Assembly: GCF_009914755.1 (NCBI RefSeq)
Contig: NC_060933.1
Strand: one strand, 5' to 3'
Source of the DNA: the human T2T-CHM13v2.0 reference genome, Homo sapiens
DNA: 64,000 bases
Part shown: piece by piece, positions 12,897 to 28,230 of the stretch
Numbering within the stretch: position 1 is the stretch's first letter
Layout: each line of letters starts with the position of its first letter
Notes under the pieces: generated by a model
Seen by the model: the letters and a program-made list of their open reading frames with translations, nothing else
What the model was told of the DNA's origin: nothing
Databases searched by the model: none
Program-made: the position numbers and the translations under genes

Positions 12897-13070
12897 ACCA
12901 ACAGTTGTTAAACCGGGTTGCACGTGAAAATTACCCAGGGTAGCTTTAAAAACATAGAAGTCTGCCCTGCCCCTCCAAAATTCTGAGATCTAGGGTGGGA
13001 CATAAGAACTCGTATTTTTACAAAGCTCCCCAGGTGATTCTCACGTGTGGTAGACGTTGAGAAACGCTGC
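12897..13070. mobile_element. MER5B-like MITE
   Basis: aaagctccccaggtgattctcacgtgtgg...ttgagaaacgctg. Confidence 0.65.
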
Positions 13071-13424
13071 TCTTAAGAAATGTAACCACAAATAAGTGAA
13101 TAAAAAATAATTATGAAGCACCTTATATGCCTAGCTCAGGGGCCTGAACCTTACATCTTAAGCAATGGGCACCATTGACAGCTCTTATGCACTGAAGAAG
13201 TGATGCAGTTTGGAACGTAAACGGGTCACATCGTTTAGATAAAATCGTGATGGTCAGTTGATTCTTAAGGGAAACTAGCGAAGCCAGGAGTCACTGTTGG
13301 CTTTTCAGAGCTTCCGCACCTTCCAGAAACTGCCTCTCAGGTGAATAAGATATTGAATGTCTCCTTGATCTGAAATGGGAATTTCAAATTTCAGGCGATA
13401 CTGAATTATCTGAGCAAGATGGAC

Positions 13425-13985
13425 CCGGTAGTCTCGCGGGTCCTCGGTGACCCCAGCGCACTGCAGAGGACGGGAGGGAACCCAGGGCGTCAGTTCCAAA
13501 GGTGGGGCGGGTGGGTAGCCCCGTCTTCCCTCTTTATCACTAATTAGGAAAAGGAATTTGTGTCCGGGGCGGGGGGTTGGAGGTAACCTGAGGACGCTCA
13601 GCGCTGGAGCTCCGAGCAGGAGTTAAAGTACCCGCAGTGGAGCTGGCCCGCTGCCTTTCCAGACTGCAAGGCCCGCAGTGCACCGCGCGGGTGACGTGTA
13701 ACAGGGGCGGGCGGGACCGCTGGAGAGCCTATGAGCACAGCGCAAGCACCCCGAGGGGCCGCCTTCCGGCCCTATTGGTGAATCCGATTAGGGGTGGGAC
13801 CGAGCCGTGGTGATTGGCGGCCGGAGGGATGGCAAAGCTGCCACGCGCACGGGGGTGCAGGCTGCGGGACTGCGATTGCTGCCGGATAGGACCAGGTAGT
13901 GTGCACACCTCCGTCCTTAGGAAGGAACCCAGCGGCAGATTCTGGACTTGCGTGGCCTCACCCGCTGATCTCACCCAGCGGCATG
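13425..13985. promoter_or_regulatory. CpG island / TATA-less promoter, intragenic relative to the 11554 exon
   Basis: Dense CpG in an otherwise CpG-depleted window. GC boxes at 13504-13511, 13566-13574 and 13704-13715, TGACGT (CRE half-site) at 13692, CTTCCGG (ETS) at 13763, ATTGG (NF-Y) at 13774 and 13813. Confidence 0.85.
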
Positions 13986-14124
13986 TAGAAATGGGTGGAG
14001 TCAGGCCTTGCTCTGGACCCCAGACTTAGGGACCGGACTTGAAACCAAATTGCAAGGCAGCCAGAGATTGGGTTCCCTGGAAAGATGCGTCTTTAAGAAC
14101 CACTACCATTTTGTGGGCCGCCTA

Positions 14125-14370
14125 TTCATTAACTCCTTCACTGAACAAATATTTATTGATCACCTGTGTACCAGGCACCTTGCCCAAGCATCCTAAATGC
14201 ATTTTCTCATTTATTCACAAAACCCCAATGAGATAGGTGCTGTTATCTCCACTTTACAGGTAAGGGTGCGGAGGCCCAGCCTTTTCTGGGACGCACCGCT
14301 TGGAAGTGACAGAACAGGGATTGGACTTCGGTCTGTCTGGTCCAGTGCCCATCTCTTAACCTCAGCGCAC
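14125..14370. mobile_element. L2 tail / MIR
   Basis: aacaaatatttattgatcacctgtgtaccaggcac, then ctccactttacagg...ggaggcccag. Confidence 0.65.
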
Positions 14371-14922
14371 TCAGGAGTGCAATCAGGAGAAAAATATTTA
14401 TGGGATGGCAGCGTCCACAGGGCTTCTCGGTGCTGTCCAGTGAAGTATATATAACAACAGTCCAGTGCTGAACACCAATGAAGTTGACCAAGCACCAAGT
14501 TGGGTCTTACACTAGGTACCACAGTACCTCAAAGACCTACTTTGAAGTTGGTGCTTCTTAGGGAGTGGTGGGCAATGAGCCTGTGAAGGGAGACAAAAAT
14601 CAACCCATTGGGGAGTGGGAGCCATTGGTCTTGACTCTCTAGAGGAGGGCATAGCATGCTCAGATTTGAAAGTTGGAAAGATAATTGGCGTCAGTAGGCA
14701 ACTGGATTTCAGTAGGATGAGGCTGGTGGCAGGGAGACCTATCAGAGCAGAAGATGTGAAGGTAGATGTTAAGAGTTCTGATGAGCAACAGGAATGGTGG
14801 GATTGATTTGGGAAGTATTTTGAGAAAGATTAGAGTGGATCTGGTAAGCGTATGGGTTGTGGGGTGAGGAAGTGAGACTCAGAGCTTCAACTCAGGGAGC
14901 TGAGTAGTTGGTGTTGTCATTA

Positions 14923-15291
<369 letters not shown>

Positions 15292-15759
15292 TTGCTGTCA
15301 GGGCTGAAGAAGGGTACAGTAACATCTTTGGGAACAGGAGGCATTTAGGAAAGTCTTCTTGGAGAGAAGGTGAAATGGACCTTGAGAAAGGAGTTGACCT
15401 TCCTTCTTTTTTTTTTTTTTTTTTTTTTGCGTCAATGTTAATAGGCAGAGATTGGGGAGGAGAGGATTCTAGATGGCGAGATTGGCATGGCAAAGGCACA
15501 AAGCAGGGACACTCTTTCAGCGCATTTTTGAGGAATAACAGCTGTCTTAGTTTGCCTCTTGTGTGGTGAAGTAGTGAAAGTCTGGAAAGTCAAATTGAGG
15601 GACATATTGTGCAAGATGTTGTACTGAATCCTGGAGTCATTGGGAGGTGCTGAATGGCTTTTGAGACAGGCAAGTGGTGGTTTGATGTCTGCTTTAGAAA
15701 ATTAGTTTCACTGTTGTGTACACTGAAGAGCCCAGTTACGGGCTGGACTAGTGAGGCGC

Positions 15760-15900
15760 TTGTTGGTTGTAAGTGACAGAAACCCAACTCAAATTAGCTT
15801 AGGCCAAAAAGAGAATATATGGGTTCATGGAACCCAAACTAAGAAAAGGGACGGATCTGGCTTCAGGGCTGATTAGATCCAGGGCCTCAATGCTGTCAAG
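15760..15900 (-). mobile_element. MaLR LTR fragment (MLT1K/L-like)
   Basis: ttggttgtaagtgacagaaacccaactcaaattagctta. Confidence 0.6.
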
Positions 15901-16094
15901 TCAGATGGTTGTCTCCTATTCCTTTACCTCCTTTTCTCTCTTTCCCCGTGCTTCTTGATGCTTGCCAGCCTCCCTGTCTCCTACTGTCCATAGTTTAGTT
16001 TTTGATCTTTTGAGCAAAGTTGCCATGTGTTTGAGTTTGTCACCAAGGCATTAAACAAATATTAGGCAATTTTGTTATTTATATTTTTTTACCT

Positions 16095-16515
16095 TTTTTT
16101 TATTATTTGTTTTTAGTTTTTGTGGGTACATAGTAGGTGTATATATTTATGGGATACGTGAGATATTTTGATACAGTTATGCAATGTGTTATAATCACAT
16201 CAGGGTAATTGGGGTATCCCTCGCCTTAAGCATTTATTCTTTGTGTTACAAATAACGCAATTATACTCTTTTAGTTATTTAAAAATGTACAATTCAATTA
16301 TTTTTTACTATAGTCACCTTGTTGTGCTAGCAAATACTAGGTCTTACTCATCCTTTCTATTTTTTCGTACTCATTAATTAAAGCTTACCACTACCCCCTG
16401 TCCCCTACTATCCTTCCCAGCCTCTGGTAGCCCTCCTCCTACTCTCTATCTCCATGAGTTCAATTATTTTAATATTTAGTTCCACAAATAAGTGAAAACA
16501 TGTGAAGTTTGTATT
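16095..16515 (-). mobile_element. L1 3' UTR fragment (L1MA-like)
   Basis: tttgtgggtacatagtaggtgtatatatttatggg...cccagcctctggtagcc...ctctatctccatgag. Confidence 0.85.
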
Positions 16516-17060
16516 TTAGACCCTTTTTAATAGCCTTCAGAAGCTTTGAAATACCTAGTTTGCTCCTAAGTGTAGGGCTACTGTATTTTAAAACAAGTGC
16601 CAGAAAGTAAGCTTTTAGTTTACTGTTAGGAGGAATTCTATTCCCCTGCCGTTGTGTTTCCATTAAGAAACTTCTGCTTTACTCCCATGGAGAAGAGAGG
16701 TTGGAAGGGCGGCTGACTCGTCCCCTGCCCCATTTCCTCTCTCCCTTTTGGGATCTGGTTGCCCACAGAGCTTGTGTATTACTTCGCCTCCTGTTTCTAT
16801 GTAGGAAAACACACCCAAGTCTTCTAGAGGTAGGCGTGGGGGCCCATCTGTTTCCATTCCCCTGTTGAAATAGTCCTGAGACTATTTCCCTTGCAGCTGA
16901 CCTGGCAGGTGCCTGCCTGTCTGCAGATCAGACTCTCCCACAGGAGGGTTGCCCCAGGGTGTAAACTTGTGGGAAGTAGTAGGAAGCCCATTTGCTTTTG
17001 GACTCAGCTTTGTTTGTCAATGAAACACTGACAGCAAGGAAATTTCTTATTTTCTTCTGC

Positions 17061-17387
17061 TTTTTTCTTTTCTTTTTTTTTTTTTTTTTTTTTTTTTTTG
17101 TTGAGACAGGGTCTCACTCCATTGTCCAAGCTGGAGTGCAGTGGTGTGATCTCGGTTCACTGCAGCCTCCATTTCCTGGGCTCAAGTGATCCTCCCACCT
17201 CAGCCTCCTGATTAGCTAGGACCACAGGTGTGCGCCACCATGCCCAGTTAATGTTTTTGTATTTTTGGTAGAGACATGGTTTCGCCATGTTGCCCGGGCT
17301 GGTCTTGAACTCCTGAACTCAAAGAGATCTGCCTGCCTCAGCCTCCCAAAGTGCTTGGATTACAGGAGTGAGCCACCACGCCTGGCC
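17061..17387 (-). mobile_element. Alu with a long poly(T) tail
   Basis: Full dimer on the reverse strand. Confidence 0.95.
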
Positions 17388-17751
17388 AGTATTTTGTTTT
17401 TCATTTGCCTGACTTCTGTCACTAATTCCCAGCTAATTCCAAAAAGACAAGAAAGGGTTGGTTTATTAATAAGTTCCCAAAGCTCCAAAGACTATGAGAC
17501 AGGTGAGGATTTTTGGGCTGGGGCTGGGTTTTCTTTTTTATTTCCTTTTTCTTCCCTGTCTTAATAGAGTACCTGGCATGTAAAAAGTGCTTACCTATTT
17601 GTTGTGTGTAAGTTAAGGTTACTAGAGTAGAGATGCCAGTTAGAAGGCCTCTGTAGCAGTGAAGATCTGAGCTAAAGTAAAGAAAGTAAAAATGGAAAGG
17701 GGAAGAAGGGGCAAGAAACTATGACAGGGTGGAATTCTACAAGTATTCTCA

Positions 17752-18090
<339 letters not shown>

Positions 18091-18178
18091 AAGATTATGC
18101 ATTGCAGCATCATTAGTAATAGAAAATATTGAAAACCATTTAGCTAGGGGCTTGGTTAAGTAAAATATGGTATGTCTA

Positions 18179-18584
<406 letters not shown>

Positions 18585-20210
18585 CTACCATTTGTGTAAA
18601 AAAAGGGGAAAGGGGAAGATGTATTTCTTTTCCTTTTAAATACATACAATACCTCTGGGAGTTATGCAAGAAAAAATAAAGGTTGCCTGTGGGGAGAGGA
18701 AATGGGGGCTGGGAGGCAGAAGATGGGGAGACTTTTTCCTGTACAGCCTTGTATACTCTGAGTTTTGAACCAACTGAATGTGTTATCTCTTCAAATAATA
18801 AAATACAAATACATAGATACAGTCATACACGTTTCAAAAGCAACATGGTGGTGGGAGCAGTAGCAGGCCTGGTGACTGAGTAGATGTGGGATGTGAGAGA
18901 AGACATGGGAGATGACTCTGAACTTTGTAGCTTGAGTGACTGGCAAGAGGGCAGCCCCTCTGCTAACAGAGACAGGAATGCAGGAGTGGCAGTAAGTCTG
19001 ATTAGGGGCACATGATATTTTGGGGGCTGCTGGGGTATCCATGGAACCATGTTCAGTATTTTGAAGTCTGAGTTTGCAGTTGGGGAGAAAGATTCGAGTT
19101 GGAGGTTTGGTTTGGAGAGTCATTAGAACAGAGCTAATATGTGAAGACTCAGGCACAGTCGAGATTTTCAGGGAGGGAGGTGGACTGAATTGAAGGGAGA
19201 GGGATGTGGATCTTCATCATTCAAGGTGACACAGAGTTAAGGATGCTGCTCATAGACTGCAAGCACAGAACAGAACTTGTTTATTGCTGCTTCTTGTGCC
19301 CTAAGAACAGGGAGGAGGATGGTCTCGCTCCCTGCCAGGACGTCCTGGCCCTTTTCTGAATGCCCTGCTCACTGTTGAGCTCAGCATCCCCTGCAGGAAT
19401 AACTGCTAAAAGTAATCATTTTTCCTCAAGGAGGTTATGCCATTACTAAGAATTCTATTCCTTTGACTATTACAGTTTTCGGGTCTTTCAACTTTCATAG
19501 TCCTCAAGGACCAGTAACCCATTTTTGGTGCTAACCTCATCTCAAAGTACAGTACAGCACACCATAAGGGCACACTATAAATAGGGATTAGATAGTATTA
19601 CTATTTTAATCAGTGCTTTTAAGAGGCAAAAGGCAATTGTTTGGGCTGCCCTGCCCTAAATTCACCTTAGTCAGCACTCATTTTTGTAAATCTAATTTTG
19701 TCCTTAGAAACAGCCTGGTTGTTTTCTTGTCGTCTCCTATAGTAAATGTTCTTAGTTCAAATACTTTTGCTTCCTATATTTCCGTGAGTTTGGCTTATCT
19801 ATTATTTTGCTTTCTTTGAAGAACATCCCCCCTTCCCTCATCACTCTCAATCACCATTGATTTCATAGTTTTTTTTGTTTTGTTTTGTTTTTTTCAGGAG
19901 AGCATCTCAGAATCAGAGCAGGTTAGTGAAGTAAACATTTTAGAAAATCTTTCAAAAATATAGTTTGACCTTAAAAGCACAGAGTAAGCTGCTTTTCTTC
20001 CACTACATGGTCTGAATGTGTCTGAAGAAAAACAGAGCACAGATAACATGGAGTGGACCTAAATTGGTCCAGAAATTTGGAATACAATATAGAGACCACT
20101 TGAAAAGCAGCTCTGTGCCTCCCGATCCATTAAGGCAAAATTCATGTCAGTTCCACAGCATTTATTTTTATGTTTGAGACTAAGAATTTCTCACATATTG
20201 GTATTGGCAA

Positions 20211-20758
20211 TGAAAGGGATCAGAATATGCCACCCCAAGATACACCACTTTGGCAAAAGGATTATTTTGAGCAGAAGGCAGTTGAAAAAAAGCAGACACA
20301 GGAAGAACTCTCTGCCCTTTTTCTATCTGCCTAAAAGCAGGGCATAAATTTCCCCTTGTGAGGATGCCCCCTCCCCTTAACTGCACCAAGAGGAGAACAA
20401 CACTTATCATCAGAGATGGAGATAGAGATGAGACAAACCCTACTAAATAACCTTTAACTACCGTTAGTTTCCCCCACATATACCTTCCAATAAGTTACCA
20501 GCTCTAGAAACCCCAAACCCTTTTTCCTTTGTCTAGTCATTTCTCCACAAATTATCGCCCTTTGTCAAAATAGTATATAAGCCCCCCAGTGTAAGTGCCT
20601 TTTTGGATTTTTATTTGTTTTCTGTGGAACCTCCCTGCATGTAAAATTAAACATAACACTTGTATACTTTTTCTCTTGTCAATTTGTCTTTTTCCAGTTA
20701 AATTTGCAGGCCTCAGGGAAAGAACTAAGAGGGTAGAGGAAAAGTTTTTCTTCCCTCA
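20211..20758 (+). mobile_element. ERV1 solo LTR (MER34/MER39 family)
   Basis: TG...CA termini, gatcagaatatgccaccccaa...aaggattattttgagc, TATA-like tatataag near 20574, ATTAAA near 20646. Confidence 0.75.
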
Positions 20759-22696
20759 TGGTTATGTTCCTAAAGCAACAAAATTGTAGACTACAGCAAA
20801 TTCTGGCTTGCCCCTAGCCATCTACAGAGACCTTTTTTCTTCTCTGTTGTTGATGAGAAGCATGGATACACAGCCTGTTTATTCAAATATTTATTGTGTA
20901 AGCTGGACACCACAATAAGTGCTTCATACGTCTTTTTTCATTAAATCCAATGGGAAGGCACTATGATGATAAATATTTGTTGAGTTAATTTATTAATCAA
21001 ACCATCAAACCCCATTATATAGTTGTAGGAACTGAGGTCCATGAAGGCGATGTTTATTGCCTAAGATCAAGCAGTGAGTTAGTGGTGACTCAGACACGGC
21101 TAAGTAGATACCAAGCAACATTTATGCACATATAATTTCTCTACACATGTAGATATTTATTTAAGTTTAAGTTCAAGTTCTATATTTTCTGTATGTGATC
21201 TTTGTTTTGGAATTTTTTGTTAAGCTATAATTTACATGCAATAAAATGCAGATATCTTAAATATACAGTGGGATGAATTTTGACAGTTGTAGCTGATTGA
21301 TTTTTTAATGTTATGGTGTCAGTCAGTTCCACTTAATTGCATTATCTATGTATTGAGAAACATCAATCTCTAGACATGGGGAATGTCATCGTGAACTGAC
21401 AGCTAGTGAGCCATGTCACAATCTATTCATTATGATTGCTCCCATAGTATTTTCTTTGTTCACTTATATTAGTGGCATTGTATTAACCTCTGAAATGAAT
21501 TTTTTGAGATGAACCTGAGGCAACATTTATAGCATTTTTATGTCTGACTCAAAAACAAATTTCATGAATATGCTGTATAAGGCAGTTCACTTCAGCTGTT
21601 AGTGGAATTGTGAGCTGAGGGATTGACTCATGGGCTTGACCCTACAGAAAGTTATGAACTGGTCTGTGTGTTTGCCCTGTCCCTTCTTTAGACACTACCC
21701 CAATATAGCTGGCCTCACCCTCCCCTGTTACTCCCAGCCTCCTTTACAGAAGGAAAAAAAACAAGGGGGCATGATGGCTCTCCTCAGATATTTGAGATAT
21801 TTGAAGGGCTTTCCTATACAAGTGATTTTAACTTGTTTTATATGGCCCCAAAGGACTGGCTGGCTTGCTTGCATTCATTCACACTTTCATTTAACAAAAC
21901 CCTACTAAGAACTAAGTCTGTACCAGATAGTATGTTAGGTGCTTAGGCTTAGTACTGAAAACAGGGAACCCATTGTGAAGCTTAAATTGTAGGTGGGGAG
22001 GCGGTTGTTAATCAGATTCCCTCTTTGTAATTCCTAGTTTGGGAGGGAGAGTCAGGAAGAAGGAGGAGTTTGGAGGGAGCATTCTAGGTGCTAAGGGCAG
22101 CTCAGCAAATGAAAGGGAATAGGAGAAAGGCAGTATGGCTGGAGTGCTGAGCGGGGAGTGGTGCCAGACTAGGCAGGTGGTTGGGGGTGTGGGAGTGATG
22201 GTGAGGAAGTTAAGAAAAGATGAAGGGTGTAGGTGTAGGACCAGCTGGTGGAGATAAAGGTGTGATGGATTTCAATTCAATATAGAAAAATCTGTTTAAC
22301 AGGAAGAAGGGAGGACCTGGGTTGTGGGGGTGTTTCTTATCACTGAGAGTGTGCAAGTAGAGACTGGATGGCTATTTTTCAAGTATCTGGTAAAGGATAC
22401 ACAATTGCAGATAAAAGATTAGACACTAGAAGGTCCTTAAGTCTCTGGACCTGGAAGTCTCTGAAGTCTCTTCTAACCCAGTGAAAGAGACAGAGATGAG
22501 ATGGCTTCATGGGATTTTGTAGAAAAGATACCTTTCATTGGCATCTGGTGGGTGGGAAATGAGTTGGTCAGCGTCTCTCAGGGTAACTGTAACAAAATCA
22601 CCTATTAAATGTATTTTAGTTTAAAATTTAGGTGCTTGGATCCCATTCCCGAAGATTCTAATTGAGGAGGTCTAGGGTAGGAACTGGACATTTACT

Positions 22697-24125
<1,429 letters not shown>

Positions 24126-24181
24126 ACAAAATTCCAGGTGGTTCTGATACACAGGTAGGTTTGAGAACCAAGATCTAGAAT

Positions 24182-24320
24182 CAGTGCTTCTCAGATTTCA
24201 ATGTGCATATGAATCCCAGGGAAATCTTGTTAAAATGCTGATTCAGTTTCTTAGGTCTGGGGTGGGTCCTGGGACATTGCATTTCTCACCAGCTCATATC
24301 AAAAGACCACACTGAGCAGC
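24182..24320. mobile_element. MER5A-like MITE
   Basis: cagtgcttctca...cttgttaaaatgc...ggtctggggtggg...tgcatttct...gaccacactgag. Confidence 0.75.
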
Positions 24321-25139
24321 AGAATCACAATGACCTTGGTGTTCTCTAGGAATCTCACTTCCTAGGGATTGCAGAAACACCTGTTCCAAATAGTAGGCAT
24401 CCCTTCAAGGTCTGGGCACAGCTGGGGGCAGATCTTGTGAATCCCAGCAGGGAAACCTTATGAACCTGGAGAGATAGACTTTCAAGGGATTTCCCCAAAG
24501 AAGTAGATCTGCAGGTGGTTAAGGGAGGTATGCCACAACATATGTTGCCTACTGAATTATTTTCCTTATATTAAGTTTCCGTTTAATACAATTTGGTCAT
24601 GCATTTATAGATCCCACATGGAGTGATGTTTCCCATACCAAATTATACTCTGGGCTGGAAAACCCTCAAGTGTTGACCTTACAGGAAAAGAGAAGCCAAG
24701 GTTGCTGTCACTGAAGAATTAAGAAAGGAGGGAGCAGGTGTGCAAAACATCATACTTCATAGGAACCACTTAGTTAGTAATGTTTCCCAGGTTTCTGGAT
24801 GATGGGTCTTGAGCTGAGAAGAGTGTGACAGACCTCCCCGGCTTCTGCTGTGGGCACCCACACCCGAAGACTGCATATGCTACTGACGAAGGGGATAAAA
24901 AGAGGCTGTTTTACAGTTTGCCAGATTTGCTATATACATATTGTGCTTTGCTTGCACAATATTTTTGTTCCTGTGAAGTCCTGTGTACTTTGTGTCTTTC
25001 TTTCCCACTGCACTGTAAGCTGTATGAGAGCAGGGACCGCATATCTCAGGTTCAGCACCTGGCACAGTGCCTGGTACCTTGTAGGTACTCAGTAACCGTT
25101 TATTAAGTGAGTGAAAGAATTTTCACTCAGATACAGTAT

Positions 25140-25940
25140 TTTAAATTAAACTTTTTATTTTGAGATAATTATAGATTCATGTGCAGTGGTAAGAAATAAC
25201 ACAGAGACATCTCATGTACCCTTTACCAGGTTTCCCCCAGGGGCAGCATCTTGTGTAACTATAGTAACTATAGTACTGTATTGCAAGCAGGAAATTGATG
25301 TTGATACAATCCACTGATGTTTAGATTTGCCCAGTTTTACATGCAGTTTTATTACATGTGTAGGTTCCTGTATTTACCTGTATTCACAGACAAGATACAG
25401 AACAGTTCCATCCCCAAAGGCTCTCTCATGTTGCCCTTTTATAACCACACCTCCCTCCATCCTCCCTCTATAATTTGGTCATTTCAAGAATGAATCATAC
25501 AATTTGTAACCTTTTGGGATGGACATTTTCCATTCAGCATAGTTCCCTGGAGATTAATCCAAGTTGTTGGATACATTAGTAGTTTGTTCCTTTTAATTGC
25601 TCAATAGTATTCTGTGGTGTGGATGTACCACAGTTTGTTTGAGTATTTGCCCTTTGAAGGACATCTAAGTGGTTTCCAGTTTTTGGCTGTTATCAATAAA
25701 GCTGTTTTGAACATTTTTGTGCAGGGTGTTGACCATACATTTTCATTTTTCTGGGATAAATGCTCAAGAGTGCAGTTGCTGGGTCACATGATAACTACAT
25801 ATTTCACTTATAAGAAACTGCCAAACTGTTTTCTGAAGAGGCTTAGCTTAAAATTTTATAGTCCCACTTGCAATGGATGACTGGTCCAGCTTCTCCACTT
25901 CCTTGCCAGCATTTGGTATGGTTACTATTTTTTATTTTAG
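25140..25940 (-). mobile_element. L1 3' fragment (L1MC-like)
   Basis: ttttattttgagataattatagattca...ggatgtaccacagtttgttt...aagaaactgccaaactgttt. Confidence 0.8.
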
Positions 25941-26394
25941 AGATACGATAGTAAAGGCACTGATAGAGATCGTTATTGAAAGGAGTCTTGCAGTGGATTG
26001 CCACAAGTCTTTATTAATGCTAGTGAACCACATAAATTTCAGGGGCATATGTCTGCATCAGAAACTTAGTGGACACACCGATTCTGTAGGAGGTGTGCTT
26101 TCCAGAATTAGAGAAAAGAGAAGTAGAATGAGAAAGATGACTGAAAAATGGTAAACAATAACTTACAAATGTACTTGAAAGTATGTCTGAGAATGTATAC
26201 TGGCAGTTGTTGGGGGGTGCAGGGAGAAGAGAAAGGGAAAGGAACCCACCTGTGTTCAAGTAGAGCAAATGTAGTAATTTATTCACAATTAATTTATTCA
26301 ATAAATATTTATGAAGTGGCCTGTTATGAACCAGGAGCTCTATAAGGTACATCAGGGCATGGCGATGGCCAAGACAGGTAAGATCCATGACAGT

Positions 26395-26590
26395 TAGAAT
26401 AACTAGCATTTATTTAGTGGCTACTGTGTGCCATATGATCTCTTTCAGTCCTCCCATGGAGACAGATATTGTTTTAACCCCCTGTTGCAATGAGGAAACA
26501 GGCTCAGAGAGGATAAGTAACTTGTTTGAGGTCACGGTGGTCATGTGTGATGGAGCCGAAATTCAAATCCAGGAGTATCTAACCACTTTA
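26395..26590 (-). mobile_element. MIR
   Basis: atgaggaaacaggctcagagaggataagtaacttg...ggagccgaaattcaaatccagg. Confidence 0.8.
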
Positions 26591-26783
26591 TGGTTGGTGG
26601 ATCTTGCTAAGGGATGGTAAACTTAAGATCCTGGTACAAGGAACACATGGTATTGTACCCCCAGAAACAAAACAGGGGAGCAGGGAGCTGTCTGGAGAGT
26701 TAGAAGAATCAAAGTGCCCTGATTTCCTGGGTCCCCTTTTGTTTTGGAAATCTTTCTGCTTACTTCCTACTTCGTATGTCTCA

Positions 26784-27172
<389 letters not shown>

Positions 27173-28230
27173 TTACTTATCTTCAGGAGGAGAGACAGCT
27201 GGTCCCTTCTGTGCAAGAAGCTATTCTAGCACCTGTTGTTAGGAGGCCTTGGGCTCCCTACAAGCCTAAAACTACAGTCTGGCACATGGTTTAGCTTCTC
27301 TGTCCCTCAATAAGGAGAATCCCTTCCATCTGTTTCTTACTGTCTGCCTATCGTGGAGCAGGGGCTGAGGCCTTTTCCTAGAGCTCCTGACTGTTGGTAG
27401 GCTTCTGAACAACTGCCTGTTACTTCTCACAAATTCTCTCTACTGGTCTAGGAAGAGTCTCCCTTGTCGCTGTTGCCCTTAACTCTTCTACCAGGCCTAG
27501 CCACTGCTGAGTCCTGGCCTTGTGGGGTCTGTTGTGAGGTCAGCACTAATCTCAGTGTCAGTTGAGTGATGACCTGGATCTCTGCGTTTGGCTTCCCCTT
27601 GGGGGCTGGCTGACTCCTTTTCTTTCCTTATCAGTTTTAACAACTCTTGACTCTTTGGAGGAGGTTGTCCTGCTTTCCAGGAATGTGACTTACATCATGG
27701 AAATCTGTCTAGCTTCTACATGGAGCTGGAAATCTTTGCTCTCATCCCAGGCCATATTTAGAGATTTAACATGGAGGTCCTCAGCTCTGTTCATGCCTGC
27801 GAAGTGTGATTCAGCATCCTCACATGTTAAATTGCCGAAGCAGAAGGGTTTATATTTAGAGCCTGGACCACGTTGCCTGTGGGAAACTTGAAGTTCTTTT
27901 TGGTACTTGCCTTGTTCAGGTCACTTTCTCTAGCCAGGTTTCAAAGTCTCTTCCCCTTGTCATGGCAACAGGGGGTCCCAGGTATTTTCTAGGTGAGGTC
28001 AAACTGCTAGGCCAACGCTTTTAGGGAGGAGATGTAGTGCTGAAGCATGATGCCATCCTCAGCGCTGCCCTGGGAAGCCTGCTGCTTGGCCCTGGGTCTC
28101 CCTTACTGCTACCTGGGGATAAAAGGCAAAGCATTTTATTTAAAATTATTTTAAAATTTAGTAATCATTTATGCCAACTTTCCAGGTCCCTTTCTAAAAA
28201 CCTGAGAGGGATTCATATTACTAATAAGAG

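Noticed and set aside
13382-13389. CHR-like TTTGAA (minus strand) paired with the CCAAT boxes as a cell-cycle promoter
   Set aside because: About 400 bp from the CCAAT boxes, too far for typical CDE/CHR architecture, and the hexamer is common.
26359-26383. ATG GCG ATG...CAG|GTAAGA as another N-terminal cassette
   Set aside because: Both ATGs give phase 1, incompatible with the 33430 acceptor and with exon 2. It lies in decayed L2/MIR sequence.
27265-27330. Possible decayed gag zinc knuckle on the minus strand (...EKLNHVPDC)
   Set aside because: The first cysteines are missing, a stop intervenes and the spacing is wrong. It cannot be supported without a profile search.
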